A stretch of 32,000 nucleotides of DNA from a cyanobacterium endosymbiont of Epithemia turgida isolate EtSB Lake Yunoko (GCF_000829235.1 NZ_AP012549.1:450001-482000); one strand, 5' to 3'. Positions 8,518 to 18,346 are shown, counted from the stretch's first letter. The notes: a model not told the origin generated them from the letters alone. A program made the numbers and translations.

Positions 8518-9174
8518 CTAATTATCGATCTCAGTTATTTCAATTATTCTTTCTTCAATATCTTTAACTAAAAAATTGAGAGGTTGATTACGACGGATTT
8601 TGTACTTTAAGCGTCTTGATTGGACTCGCAGCAAAATGTCTTCTAAACATTCATGGTCAAAACAAACATGGCGTTGACGGTTCTTGTGTCCATAACTAGC
8701 CCCAGCAATAATATGCAACTGAGCATTTTTTTTTAATTGATACCAAAGTCCCTCAGAATTGCTGAAAACTGCTGTTGTTGGATTATGGGTAGTAGATACA
8801 TAAAAAGAGTCAAGTGCCTCTGTTCCTAAATTCTGTTCATAATTGTAATAGTAATGTAAGGGAACTTCTGCGACAGGTAATTCTAGCAAGCCCTGATAAA
8901 ATTGTCGGGCTATTTCCAAATCACAAACCATAATAGTATAAATTTTGGGTGCGCTGGTAAGAAACATCCACATTGTTAAACCATAGGATGCTAGTAGCAT
9001 TACCATAATACCTTGGGTTGAGAAAAGACTATCAATGGGTAAAAACATCCCTAAATAATAGTGGTGTAGAGAAAAATTAGTCTCAAGATCCATAGAATAT
9101 AATCGATATAGATATATTAGAATTTTTGTTTTGATTAAGCAACTGAAAAAAGAGCTAAATGTCAAGAATGACAA
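8518..9174 (-). CDS. VOC (glyoxalase/bleomycin-resistance fold) family protein; start uncertain
   Basis: The C-terminal ~140 aa (IYTIMVCDLEIARQFYQGLLELP...LWYQL...QLHIIAG...RHVCFDHECLEDILLRVQ...FLVKDIEERIIEITE) fit the VOC beta-alpha-beta-beta-beta pattern. The track start is a TTG, and the hydrophobic N-terminal ~75 aa may be partly non-coding. Confidence 0.5.
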   Translation of the reverse strand: MSFLTFSSFFSCLIKTKILIYLYRLYSMDLETNFSLHHYYLGMFLPIDSLFSTQGIMVMLLASYGLTMWMFLTSAPKIYTIMVCDLEIARQFYQGLLELPVAEVPLHYYYNYEQNLGTEALDSFYVSTTHNPTTAVFSNSEGLWYQLKKNAQLHIIAGASYGHKNRQRHVCFDHECLEDILLRVQSRRLKYKIRRNQPLNFLVKDIEERIIEITEIDN

Positions 9175-9621
9175 CTTAATGTTATCTATTCAACTATAAC
9201 AATAGTCTTCATTCGTTGAGTTAAGCTTTGTGTGTGAGTGGTAGCTAGCAGATATATGTCTTATCTTTCTCATGAGACTTGAAAAATCTTAAAAAGTAGG
9301 CGAGGGCAAACTAAAAAGGTATGATATCGAGAAAATACAGTATAACTAGGCTGAATTTTATCAACTTGTATTTTGATTAGACGAGATAAATTATACTAAG
9401 TTGTTGGCTATTTGTTACTATCTGTGTTGTTATGGGAGTTCAGTCAGTTTACGCTCATCTTCTTTGCTGATTGCGCAGAATAGTTTTTCTAGGGGTTAAA
9501 AATTTTAGAGTTTCTTTAAAACCGGTCGTTTGAATTTAAAAAATCGCTTCATGTTTTAAATTTTCTCCGATGGGGTTATGCACTAGGAGTTTGCCATCCT
9601 AAATCTGATTCTAATTTCAGA

Positions 9622-10140
9622 TCAACGAGAGTCTTTCCTAATGTTTTTGAATTGATTCGTGATATTTGTCCAGTATTGAGAACTTTAGAGCCGCGTGAAG
9701 AAACCCAAACTCTTGAGATGATTAAGCTAGTCTTGAAAGATTATAGCTATAAAATCGGTCAATTCCTACTGCTGTAATTGCCCATAGCAATCACAATATT
9801 CGGACATGATTGTTTGACAAAGAGGAACCGTCCTTGTATCTCCTAAAAACTGGGACACTTTTCCCAATCTTTCTGATAGAGTTCATCACAGGGGCGTTAG
9901 AATAACGAGGATTAGAATAGGAGGCAATTATAAGCAGACGCAAAGACTGAGATACTTAAAATACAGCCATTTTCATTCTATTCGATTTCATCATAGTTGT
10001 CATTAATGACTCAATTAGGTCTTGTAGACTGGGGTCAGTAAAATTCATAGTAATTTGGGCAGTTCGTTATAGGATGGGGCTACCTACTTTAGTAATTTGT
10101 GGAGAAAAATAAGTCTTTATCATTGATAATAATTTTCTTG
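9622..10140 (-). pseudogene. probable decayed DppC/OppC-type ABC permease downstream of the intact DppB-type gene
   Basis: Colinear fragments in shifting minus-strand frames. They are LLSMIKTYFSPQI (~10120) and TDPSLQDLIESL (~10000; compare yDP..qDL..rL.PPS). Next come SQSLRLLIIA (~9940) and FLFVKQSCPNIVIAM (~9800; compare iifRHiLPNiv). The last is SQYWTNITNQFKNIRKDSR* ending at TGA 9622-9624 (compare the fNLlGDGLRD..DPR tail). There are many stops and frameshifts, and the span is ~40% shorter than an intact gene. Confidence 0.4.
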
Positions 10141-10183
10141 AGTTTGAAACCTCTTCGTTGACGAAAAAAGAAAAGATTTTTCC

Positions 10184-11233
10184 TTATTTTAAGTTTTCCA
10201 ATTTAATGCGAGGATCAACTGCTTTGAGTAATAAATCTGCTAACAAATTTCCCACAATTAGCATAGTTGCCCCCATGGTTAGACTTCCCATAACTAGGTA
10301 AAGATCTTGTGCTTGAACTGCCCCTAAAATTAAAGTTCCTAACCCTGGCCAATTAAAGAAAAATTCTGCAATAAACGATCCTCCCAATAAACTAGCAAAC
10401 TCGAATCCCAGCAAAGTAATTAAGGGATTAATGGCATTGCGTAATCCATGAATATAAACAACTTTGTCTTCAGATAATCCTTTTGCTCGTGCAGTTTGAA
10501 TATAGTTTTGTCTCATCACATCCAGCATTTGTCCACGTGTCAAGCGCATCAACCCTGCAAAACTCGTAATACTTAAAGCAATAGTTGGTAAAATCATGTG
10601 CCATACAATATCAGTTATCTTCTCAATGGAAGATAATTCTTGATGATTTAAACTTATCATGTCCCCCACAGGTAAAATAGGGGAGATATTCTGAGCCAAA
10701 ATTAATAATAATAATGCCGTAATAAAACTGGGAAATCCCTGTCCTAAATAACTAATTATTCGCAAAAGTTTATCAATAAAACTATTATTTTTAACTGCAC
10801 TTAGTATGCCAAAAGGTAAGGCAATTAGCCAAGTTAAAATAATTGAGGATATACTCAATAATAATGTTGCTATAATTCGTTCATTTAATAGGGAAATAAC
10901 TGAACGATTAAAGACAAAGCTTTCCCCAAAATCAAGATGAATAACAACTTGCAATAACCATTTAATATATTGCTTATGCCAAGGTTGATCTAATCCAAAA
11001 CGTTCGTTTAAACTAGCCAGGGTTTCTGCGGAGATATTAGGATTTTGTTTTAAGGTATCAAGATAATTTCCGGGGGCAATTTGAATGATAATAAAACTAA
11101 GGAAAGAAGCTAAAAGTAAAGTTAAAAGTCCTTGTATAACTCGTTTTACAACATATAAATTAGTGTCACTTGTTAACCTTTTTTTTAGTTCTATTAATAG
11201 TTTATGAAAATGAAAGGATAAGAAAGAATTCAT
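10184..11233 (-). CDS. ABC transporter permease, peptide/nickel (DppB/OppB) family
   Basis: 349 aa. N-terminal YVVKRVIQGLLTLLLASFLSFIIIQIAPGNY and EAA-loop region YIQTARAKGLSEDKVVYIHGLRNAINPLIT. C-terminal LLADLLLKAVDPRIKL is typical of the family. Confidence 0.85.
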   Translation of the reverse strand: MNSFLSFHFHKLLIELKKRLTSDTNLYVVKRVIQGLLTLLLASFLSFIIIQIAPGNYLDTLKQNPNISAETLASLNERFGLDQPWHKQYIKWLLQVVIHLDFGESFVFNRSVISLLNERIIATLLLSISSIILTWLIALPFGILSAVKNNSFIDKLLRIISYLGQGFPSFITALLLLILAQNISPILPVGDMISLNHQELSSIEKITDIVWHMILPTIALSITSFAGLMRLTRGQMLDVMRQNYIQTARAKGLSEDKVVYIHGLRNAINPLITLLGFEFASLLGGSFIAEFFFNWPGLGTLILGAVQAQDLYLVMGSLTMGATMLIVGNLLADLLLKAVDPRIKLENLK

Positions 11234-11386
11234 GGGTTGGTAAATTTATCCATTGTGAATTGTTAATTTTTATTAATTATATGTATGTTATACTAATAGC
11301 AAATAACCAAATTTTAAAAAGACTTCTGTATAGAAGATATAAAGTCAATCTAAATCAAAAAGAAAATATAGCTAAAGGTTATTGTC

Positions 11387-11905
11387 CTAATAATCTACTA
11401 GGGTAACAATTGGCACAGCAGGAAGTTTTTGGCGGCCTTCTAAGGCTTTTAACTCGATGATAAAGGCAAAGCCCAACACCTCACAACCAATTTTCTCTAA
11501 CAAATCTACTGTTGCTCTAGCGGTTCCTCCCGTGGCAATTAAATCGTCAATAATAAGTACCCTATGATGAGCAGCTAAAGTATCTTGATGAATTTCGAGT
11601 TTATCGGTTCCATACTCCAAATCGTACTCAACTTGATGGACTGCCGCCGGAAGTTTACCGGGTTTACGAACAGGGACAAAACCCGCCTTAAGTTGGTATG
11701 CTAAAGGAACTCCAAATAAAAAGCCGCGAGACTCTATCCCCACCACATAATCAGGCAATAAACTCTGATGTTTACATTTTTGGCATAAGGTATCAATGGT
11801 ATAGCGTAATCCTTCCTGATTACTGAGTAGAGTGGTAATATCTCGAAACATAACCCCGGGTTTAGGGAAGTCGGGAATATTTCTAATCAATGCTTTAATA
11901 TCCAT
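11387..11905 (-). CDS. apt: adenine phosphoribosyltransferase
   Basis: 172 aa. N-terminal [18 protein letters not shown] and PRPP-binding loop [14 protein letters not shown]. Confidence 0.93.
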   Translation of the reverse strand: MDIKALIRNIPDFPKPGVMFRDITTLLSNQEGLRYTIDTLCQKCKHQSLLPDYVVGIESRGFLFGVPLAYQLKAGFVPVRKPGKLPAAVHQVEYDLEYGTDKLEIHQDTLAAHHRVLIIDDLIATGGTARATVDLLEKIGCEVLGFAFIIELKALEGRQKLPAVPIVTLVDY

Positions 11906-12494
11906 AAGTTATATTCTAAATTTGTTCGGGAGAAGTCAAAAATTACTTTAACAAACTGTCAGTATAAGTTTTTAATTAAAAATTACGCTTTTATCACTGA
12001 TTAATTTTAGCAATGATAGAGGATTTTTAGTTATGAATAACTAAGTAGAACAATATCCATTTGATAAAAATTGATCTCGCCCGAATAAGCAACAGTTATT
12101 TCTGGTTAAGTATCTGAGAAGCTTTTTACTTTTTCTTAATCACATTCTTCATTATTCGTGTAGGTAATTGGTGGTGTTCCACATCATTCGGCGTTTTTAG
12201 GCCCCAATAGTTTACTATTGGGGCAAATAACAAATACAGATTTTTTTGAATCTAACTCAGCTAACTTCTAAAAGATAGTTGTATTTTTTGTCTGAAGATA
12301 GATTATTGAACCTACAATTAATGATCTTTATTGGAATCGCGCATCATTATCCTGTCTTTTGATACTGGTGTTATTCTAACCATTAAATCGATAATCAACT
12401 AATTGACTCTCTTGCCAGATATAGTTAGAACAGATAACGGACCAATTACCAAAACACTAAGCTATTCTGTAAGATAAATTCCACTGTTAGGATA

Positions 12495-13103
12495 ATGTCT
12501 AATTTGAGTTCTCATACTAAGTTTAAACCTGTGATTTTAGATGTCCTACCGGATTTTCCTATTTCTGGACAGCGATGTGCCGTACGACTTCAACAACGGA
12601 TTGATTTATTATTATTGGCGATTGAAGCCTTGGAAAGGGGAGCATCAGAACAGATGCTCAAAACCATTCAACAACTACAATTGCAGGAGATTATTAAAAA
12701 TAGAATTATCTTATGGCGGTTGCGATGTACAAATCCTTTACGGCGTTCCTATACCCGTGAAAGCCTAACTATTATTCAAGCTAAAGCATTAGTAATTATT
12801 GCCAACCATCAAGCAAAACCCCTAACCGTTCAGATTCGACAACTCTTGTTAGCTGAAAAACAGATGAGACAAAAAAGACTACCAGTCAATTGTCATTTTC
12901 TGTTAGCAGAATATTTAGACCAATTTCGTGCTCATTTTCAGAGTCGGATGAACCCTCGTCGTGCTAAAGTTTCAGTCTATCTAACTTCCAATGATGAATT
13001 AAATAAATTGGCTTTGTTTTTATTAAAACAACTTTTGTTTTGTACCGGAACTACTGGAATACAAAGATTTTGGATTAGTTTATTTGATGGAGAGATCGCG
13101 TGA
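12495..13103 (+). CDS. cyanobacteria-restricted conserved hypothetical (DUF3038-like, family name from memory)
   Basis: 202-aa ORF with protein-like composition. Its stop TGA (13101-13103) overlaps the GTG start of the next gene (GTGA). Confidence 0.65.
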   Translation: MSNLSSHTKFKPVILDVLPDFPISGQRCAVRLQQRIDLLLLAIEALERGASEQMLKTIQQLQLQEIIKNRIILWRLRCTNPLRRSYTRESLTIIQAKALVIIANHQAKPLTVQIRQLLLAEKQMRQKRLPVNCHFLLAEYLDQFRAHFQSRMNPRRAKVSVYLTSNDELNKLALFLLKQLLFCTGTTGIQRFWISLFDGEIA

Positions 13104-13738
13104 ATATCAAACGACAATATAGCCTACCCAATTGTACCTTAATATTAGAAGGATTGAGTGATAATTTTACTGAAAGTGATTCCCAAGATAATCGCTCTCT
13201 TTTATCAATTTTAGTCAATGTTGAATGTCGTTTTGTGGGGACGTCCCAAACACTCCAAGGGGGAAGGACGTTTCTGGAAAATTTAGCCAAAGTAGCCAGT
13301 GCCTACGCCCAAGAATACCTCAGTGGTATCCCTCACCCGCAAGATACCCAAGGGAACGAAGATTTGATTTGCCTTGAGAAAATTGAAGGCACTGATCTTC
13401 ATCTCTTGAAATGGCAACCTAGTACACAAATGAGTCAATCCTGTGTGCAGTTAGAATTAAACACTGTTCAGTTATTTGATTTGGTTGAAAGTCTTGATCA
13501 GTTTTTTGCTGATTGTAGAACACTTCCTGATTTTAGTTTGCAATTACACCCAATATCTCGACGATATCGTCCACCTGATGAACCGTTACGACAACGGGCA
13601 GTACCGGCTGCATTGGGAATAGGGAGTGTTGCCTTGATGTCCTTGATTTTATTTTTTTTCCCCATTCCCGAAATCCGTGAACCAGAACTCAACCCACCTG
13701 AAACATCTACTAAAATTATTCCTACCAACAACTTTTGA
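13100..13738 (+). CDS. cyanobacteria-restricted conserved hypothetical (DUF4335-like, family name from memory), C-terminal TM helix
   Basis: 212 aa. The N-terminus KRQYSLPNCTLILEGL is the hallmark I recall for DUF4335 proteins. C-terminal helix AALGIGSVALMSLILFFF. Has a 4-nt overlap with the upstream gene. Confidence 0.65.
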   Translation: MNIKRQYSLPNCTLILEGLSDNFTESDSQDNRSLLSILVNVECRFVGTSQTLQGGRTFLENLAKVASAYAQEYLSGIPHPQDTQGNEDLICLEKIEGTDLHLLKWQPSTQMSQSCVQLELNTVQLFDLVESLDQFFADCRTLPDFSLQLHPISRRYRPPDEPLRQRAVPAALGIGSVALMSLILFFFPIPEIREPELNPPETSTKIIPTNNF

Positions 13739-13762
13739 ACTTTTTTCAAGATAAGTTTAACG

Positions 13763-13880
13763 ATATTTTAAAAAATGGTTGTTGTTCTCAACATCTAAGT
13801 CAAAATACAACAAAGTTGACGATCATCTAAAACAATAACCGCAAACGACAGGAGGTAAATTAAACTAGCATTCTAACCCT
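13763..13880 (+). repeat. copy B of the diverged two-copy element (partner at 3286-3400)
   Basis: Core 13777-13824 versus 3299-3346 gives 39/48 identities, with 8 of 9 differences being transitions. It begins ~25 nt after the stop at 13738. Confidence 0.6.
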
Positions 13881-14464
13881 AAATCAATATACGATTTGTC
13901 CAATAAATAGATATGAGAAATTAGTAGAGTAAAAAGATGAACAAAACAGTTAAAAACACTTTAATTTTTTAACTATTCAATATGAGATATAGTTCTAAAC
14001 TAGTTATCTTTAATCAAAGAACACTGACAAAACGAAATTCTATTGAGCAGTTTCACAAACTTTTACTTCATCTACTGTCAATGGAGATGAATTGCTTAAA
14101 TTGCTTGCTAATCAAACTTTTTAAAGATTTATTGAGCAATATATGCTCTTAAATTCCTGGTGTCATACAACATAATTTTGGTACAGTTCAATTCAACTAA
14201 ATTTTTAAAAACTCGGTGTGCTCTGCTGTGAGACTAATCACAGAACTATAGTATAGTGGAGTGAGACAGTACAGTAAAATCATTACCCTGGACATAAGTT
14301 ATACAAAACGTTGTAGTTCACTGGATGTAGGACGGGCTTTTTGGCAACGGGTAAGAATCTGTAATAAATAAAATTCTTTAAGGGTTCAATATCCTGAGCA
14401 AGAACAAGCAACTACAATGACGAAAACTTAACCTGTTCTCAAGCTATAACAGCATCTTTTCTCT

Positions 14465-14900
14465 TCAATATTTAAAGGATAGAATAACAATGCCGTTCAG
14501 ATTTTTGGTGAAAGTTATCTGAAGCATACTTTCCGTAATATCAAGAAAAGATTGTAGAGCCATAGCACCAGACCTCAATTGATAAACATTGCTTATGGCA
14601 TAGAGCTGCCGCTCCTTTTTTTCTTAAAATTTTCATTGAATTCACATTTTTCCAACCCCCTAAACTTCTTTTCAGAAAAGTAGGAATTAACAAATATTAA
14701 CTCAACTCCTACTTGATAATTAGTAACGTAAAAGTAGACTAAATGTAGAATAAGCTCAATAAATAACACTAATCCTTTAGGACAATATCTTCATTAAGAA
14801 TTTGGTCGTAAAATTCCCTGGATTACTCAGATTATCCTTTAGTGACTTTTTTGTGAGAATAAATAGTTGCTTTGATGGCTTCACTTTCTCATTTATATAG
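14465..14900 (-). pseudogene. possible relic of a sigma-70 family factor (regions 3-4)
   Basis: The open minus frame 14465-14623 reads EKKERQLYAISNVYQLRSGAMALQSFLDITESMLQITFTKNLNGIVILSFKY*. Three colinear blocks resemble region 4 of cyanobacterial group 1/2 sigma factors as I recall them: RER..lrlRYGLdDGrM, vTRERIRQIE and sILKEYIR*. Upstream, in another frame, AIKATIYSHKKV...SREFYDQILNEDIV resembles RAI..qsRTIRlPvH...SqElGR.PT.EEIa. Many indels and stops. Confidence 0.35.
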
Positions 14901-15136
14901 TCTTCGATTTACTAAATTTCTCTCTATAATAGTTTTAATTTGCTCAAGTTCTATATTTAAATTTTATTAAAATATTTGTTTTAGCTTAGACTATTTTAAA
15001 CTTTCATTAGATTAGATATTAATCTTAATTGTCAGCAAACTTGTGAAAATATTTCCATCAATGGTTGAGTTTATTCGCTAAATTGTGCTATATCTAGATA
15101 TCTTGAAAGGGTAAATCATTAAGGATAAATTCAAGA

Positions 15137-15535
15137 ATGACAAAATTGGGAACTCATTTGATTGTCGACGCTTGGCAAGCACCATCAGATCTCCTCAACG
15201 ACCCCGAACGAATTCGCCATGCACTTTTAGAAGGAATTACTGCAGGGGAGGCAACCCTGATTGATTTATGTGTTCATCATTTTAGTCCTCACGGTGTTAC
15301 TGCCACAGCAACTTTAGCTGAGTCCCATATTGCTATTCATACTTGGCCTGAATACGGTTATTTTGCAGCCGATTTATTTTTCTGTGGACAAGGTGATCCA
15401 GAACAAGCTTTAGCTATTTTAAAAATTGCTTTGCAAGCTCAACAAGTTCAAGTAAAAATTATTGAACGAGGGTTTCCTAACTTACTTGATCACGATCCCT
15501 CTCTTACTACTACTATTTGTCAAAGTGTTGCTTAG
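15137..15535 (+). CDS. speH: S-adenosylmethionine decarboxylase proenzyme (small pyruvoyl-dependent class)
   Basis: 132 aa. The block LAESHIAIHTWPEYGYFAADLFFCG contains the Glu-Ser self-cleavage site and conserved flanks of SpeH/SpeD-type AdoMetDC. Confidence 0.9.
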   Translation: MTKLGTHLIVDAWQAPSDLLNDPERIRHALLEGITAGEATLIDLCVHHFSPHGVTATATLAESHIAIHTWPEYGYFAADLFFCGQGDPEQALAILKIALQAQQVQVKIIERGFPNLLDHDPSLTTTICQSVA

Positions 15536-16761
15536 AGGTTATTAGATAAACTTTAAAAGTAATAAAAGTCTTCTGACTCGTGATACACGGTAAATTTTAC
15601 TGTCAATGACTATGCTCTATAACTTAGTCATCGCCTAACTCATCCCACCCAAATATTAAATATTTTGTTTACTAATAAACTCTTAATCCTTAATTATTAA
15701 TTATATCTAGAGAGTTTTATATATCATATTTACATCTTTTATTTTGGTTAGATTGTTGACTAATTCATTAAGTTTATTATCTAATAATAAAGCGTCTTAT
15801 TTCGATGGGTTAATCTTTTTAAGATACTAATTACTTGATCATCAAATATACTTAAAATTTTTTCCCTATTGTTACTAATTTACATGATTGTCAAATAGTA
15901 TTTAAAATTATTATCAATAAAAAATAATTAGTGCCATGAATTATAGCTAAATCTCCTGCTAACATAACATTATTTTTTATTGATCATCTATTTATAATGC
16001 AGTTAGTAACATATCATTAATACCATTAGATACTCAACTATTATAGAAAATAATTTGATAAAATTTAGCTTTAAAAGCAATTAATTTTTCTATAAAAAAT
16101 ATCATTAATAGGAATAGTTTAAGTTTCTACAGATATAATTCAAGAAAGTATATAAGCTACTTTAATTACTAAAAATAAGTCAAATAATATGAGAGTTTTA
16201 TTGATTTATTACTTAGTATATTTTCTCTGCATCAAAATAATTTAATAGCTATTAAGTTATTAATTGAATTATCAAAGATAAAAGCTAATAGAATAGATGA
16301 CTAAAATAGAAATTTTCTATTTTAGAAAAGCGTAATTGCTTTCAACTACAAATAATTGTTTTTCGTAAATAATATAACATCTGAATTTTTACTGAAAGAA
16401 TATATAATGCACTTTGCTAGTCAGGATAATTGCCATAGTTTTAGTCAATTAAAAGCTTATCCAACGTGATCATGGTGTATTTATGAAGAACCATCAGCTG
16501 TAAAATGTAAAAATCAAAAGGGATACACGACTTTTGATTACTTCAATTCCCATCATATATTTTAAAAAAGTGAGTCGTTAAAGATGCAAGGTCAGGGGGA
16601 TAGAAAAACTGATCCCTTAGCTTAGTGAAAGGATTAAATAGTTAAAACTAAAAGGAGTTAAGGTTTTTACAATAGTTGCTACTACTACTTTCTGTGCTTG
16701 CTGTTGTTTGATCAAATCAGTAGGATTTAAAGTGAAATAGCATGATCTCTTTGCAAATCTT

Positions 16762-16965
16762 AATGTTGATAATGTTCCCAATTTACAAAATGTGATCACC
16801 AATGCTTATGAACAAATTATGTGGACGCCATAAGTCATGACATCAATGTTTGTGATAACTTGAATTCTGAAAGAACAGAAATAATATAAAAAAGTATTAC
16901 AACAAGTAGTTGACTTAGCATTTGGTTTTATTAAAGCTGCAACAGCAGTTATTTTGGCTCCTTGA
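16762..16965 (+). pseudogene. possible relic of a phycobilisome linker (PBS-linker domain) gene
   Basis: A single frame reads NVDNVPNLQNVITNAYEQIMWTP*VMTSMFVIT*ILKEQK*YKKVLQQVVDLAFGFIKAATAVILAP*. It aligns without gaps to the remembered linker N-terminal domain (..VIRAVYRQVLGNDYIMDSERL....ESLL.NG.ISVREFVRTVAKS..). Matching positions are VI, Y, Q, VM, S, V...V..A, and the TAA at 16831 falls on the conserved Tyr. Confidence 0.35.
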
Positions 16966-17005
16966 TTAGATAAAATAAACTTAATCCCAAATAAAGATTA
17001 ATAAT

Positions 17006-17413
17006 ATGGAACACAGTTTTTTGTGGCTACCCTTACTAATTATTTTCTTCTGGTTAGCTTGGAGTGGTAAAAATGAATATCAAAAACTAGAAGCATATCG
17101 TCAATGGGCAAAACAATTTGATCAGTCAAAATATGATATTTACTCAATTATTGGGGTCAAACAAAAACAAATAACTTGGGGAAACCCAACGCGATTACCT
17201 CCACAAAACTTACATTCATTTTCTTTAGAAGATGTCACCGGCATTCGTCTATTAGTCAATGATTGTCCGGTAGACATCAATACCTTACCTACAAAAGGAA
17301 ATCCAACTATAGAATTTATTTTTATAGGTGATAAAGCCTCTATAAAAATACCTTTTACCGAAATTGACTTGGCAGTAAGATGGCTAAAATTCCTAAGAAA
17401 TCTTAAAAAATAA
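17006..17413 (+). CDS. hypothetical protein with N-terminal TM helix
   Basis: 135-aa ORF with an ATG start, the helix FLWLPLLIIFFWLAW and a balanced composition. Family not recognised. Confidence 0.55.
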   Translation: MEHSFLWLPLLIIFFWLAWSGKNEYQKLEAYRQWAKQFDQSKYDIYSIIGVKQKQITWGNPTRLPPQNLHSFSLEDVTGIRLLVNDCPVDINTLPTKGNPTIEFIFIGDKASIKIPFTEIDLAVRWLKFLRNLKK

Positions 17414-17881
17414 TTAATATTTACTGCTGAATTAATTAATATAGTTGTATTATCACAAATAAAATACTACAAAACTAAAAAAATAAATTAAATGTCAGTC
17501 TAAATCTAAATTATTTGTCATCAATTAATACGCTAAATGTTTTTATTGATACCGTATAAAAAATAAAACCTAATTTTTTTTTATACAATAATCGTTAACA
17601 AAAACATGGCAATAAAAAAAAGAATTTTTAATAAGGTTAAAAGAACAGTTAAAATTTCAAGAAGTTGAACTTCCTAATCCCTTACTTAAAATTACTTTAC
17701 TTAACAGAATTAAACTATACAGTATAGATTTAAAACCTCATATTGAATAAAAGCAAAAGGCAATCTGTAGTGAAAAAAATATCTTAGAACAATAGAATTT
17801 GTTAATACATTGGTGTTTAAAAAATACAAAAAATTATTAATCATAGAATTTTAAAATACAGAATTATTATTAAAAATAATA

Positions 17882-18346
17882 ATTTCTTCAACATTAATAT
17901 ATCGCTCCTCAAAAAAAGTATTTAATGCAGTTAATAAAAACTTTAGCACTACTTTTGATATCCTTTCTGATGGGGATAGCTATTTACAATTATAGAATAA
18001 AGATAAACCTCTTGAAGACCACTTAAACCTAGTTGCACATTCTAAAGGAAACCTTGTTTAGAGGTTAAGTTATATATCAGGAGGAGAAAAATATTTAACA
18101 GCTTTAAGCTTTATTTTTTCTTTGCAAAGATACTGTCCTTCTCCTTTCTATGCCTTCGATGAAGTAGATATATTTTTAGATGGAGCGAATGTGGAAAAAT
18201 TATCAAAAATGATTAGAAAACAGGCGCAATAAGCCCAGTTTATTGTAGTTAGTTTACGTCGTCCTATGATTGAAGCTTAGGAAAGTACTATTGGGGTGAC
18301 TTAAGCAAGAGGTGCTTATACTCAAGTATTAGGTATTAAACTATAA
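17882..18346 (+). pseudogene. smc: chromosome segregation protein SMC, C-terminal head fragment with five in-frame stops
   Basis: The frame reads ...[139 protein letters not shown]. The ABC signature SGGEK, Walker B FYAFDEVD and the characteristic SMC tail are all present. Stops are at 17993, 18059, 18230, 18278 and 18302, with the natural stop at 18344-18346. Confidence 0.85.

Noticed and set aside
9180-9620. A search for an ABC ATPase (DppD/F) relic downstream of the dppC-like fragments.
   Set aside because: I saw no Walker A, signature or Walker B-like strings in any frame. Only short, uninterpretable open stretches are present.
11170-11406. The 78-aa + strand ORF spanning the gap between the permease and apt.
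   Set aside because: It overlaps the permease 5' end and the apt 3' end in antisense. It has a low-complexity Asn/Ile/Leu/Lys composition and no motif.
16617-16802. The 61-aa - strand ORF in the spacer before 17006.
   Set aside because: It has no recognisable features. It overlaps the + strand frame that gives the more coherent, though still weak, PBS-linker-like reading.
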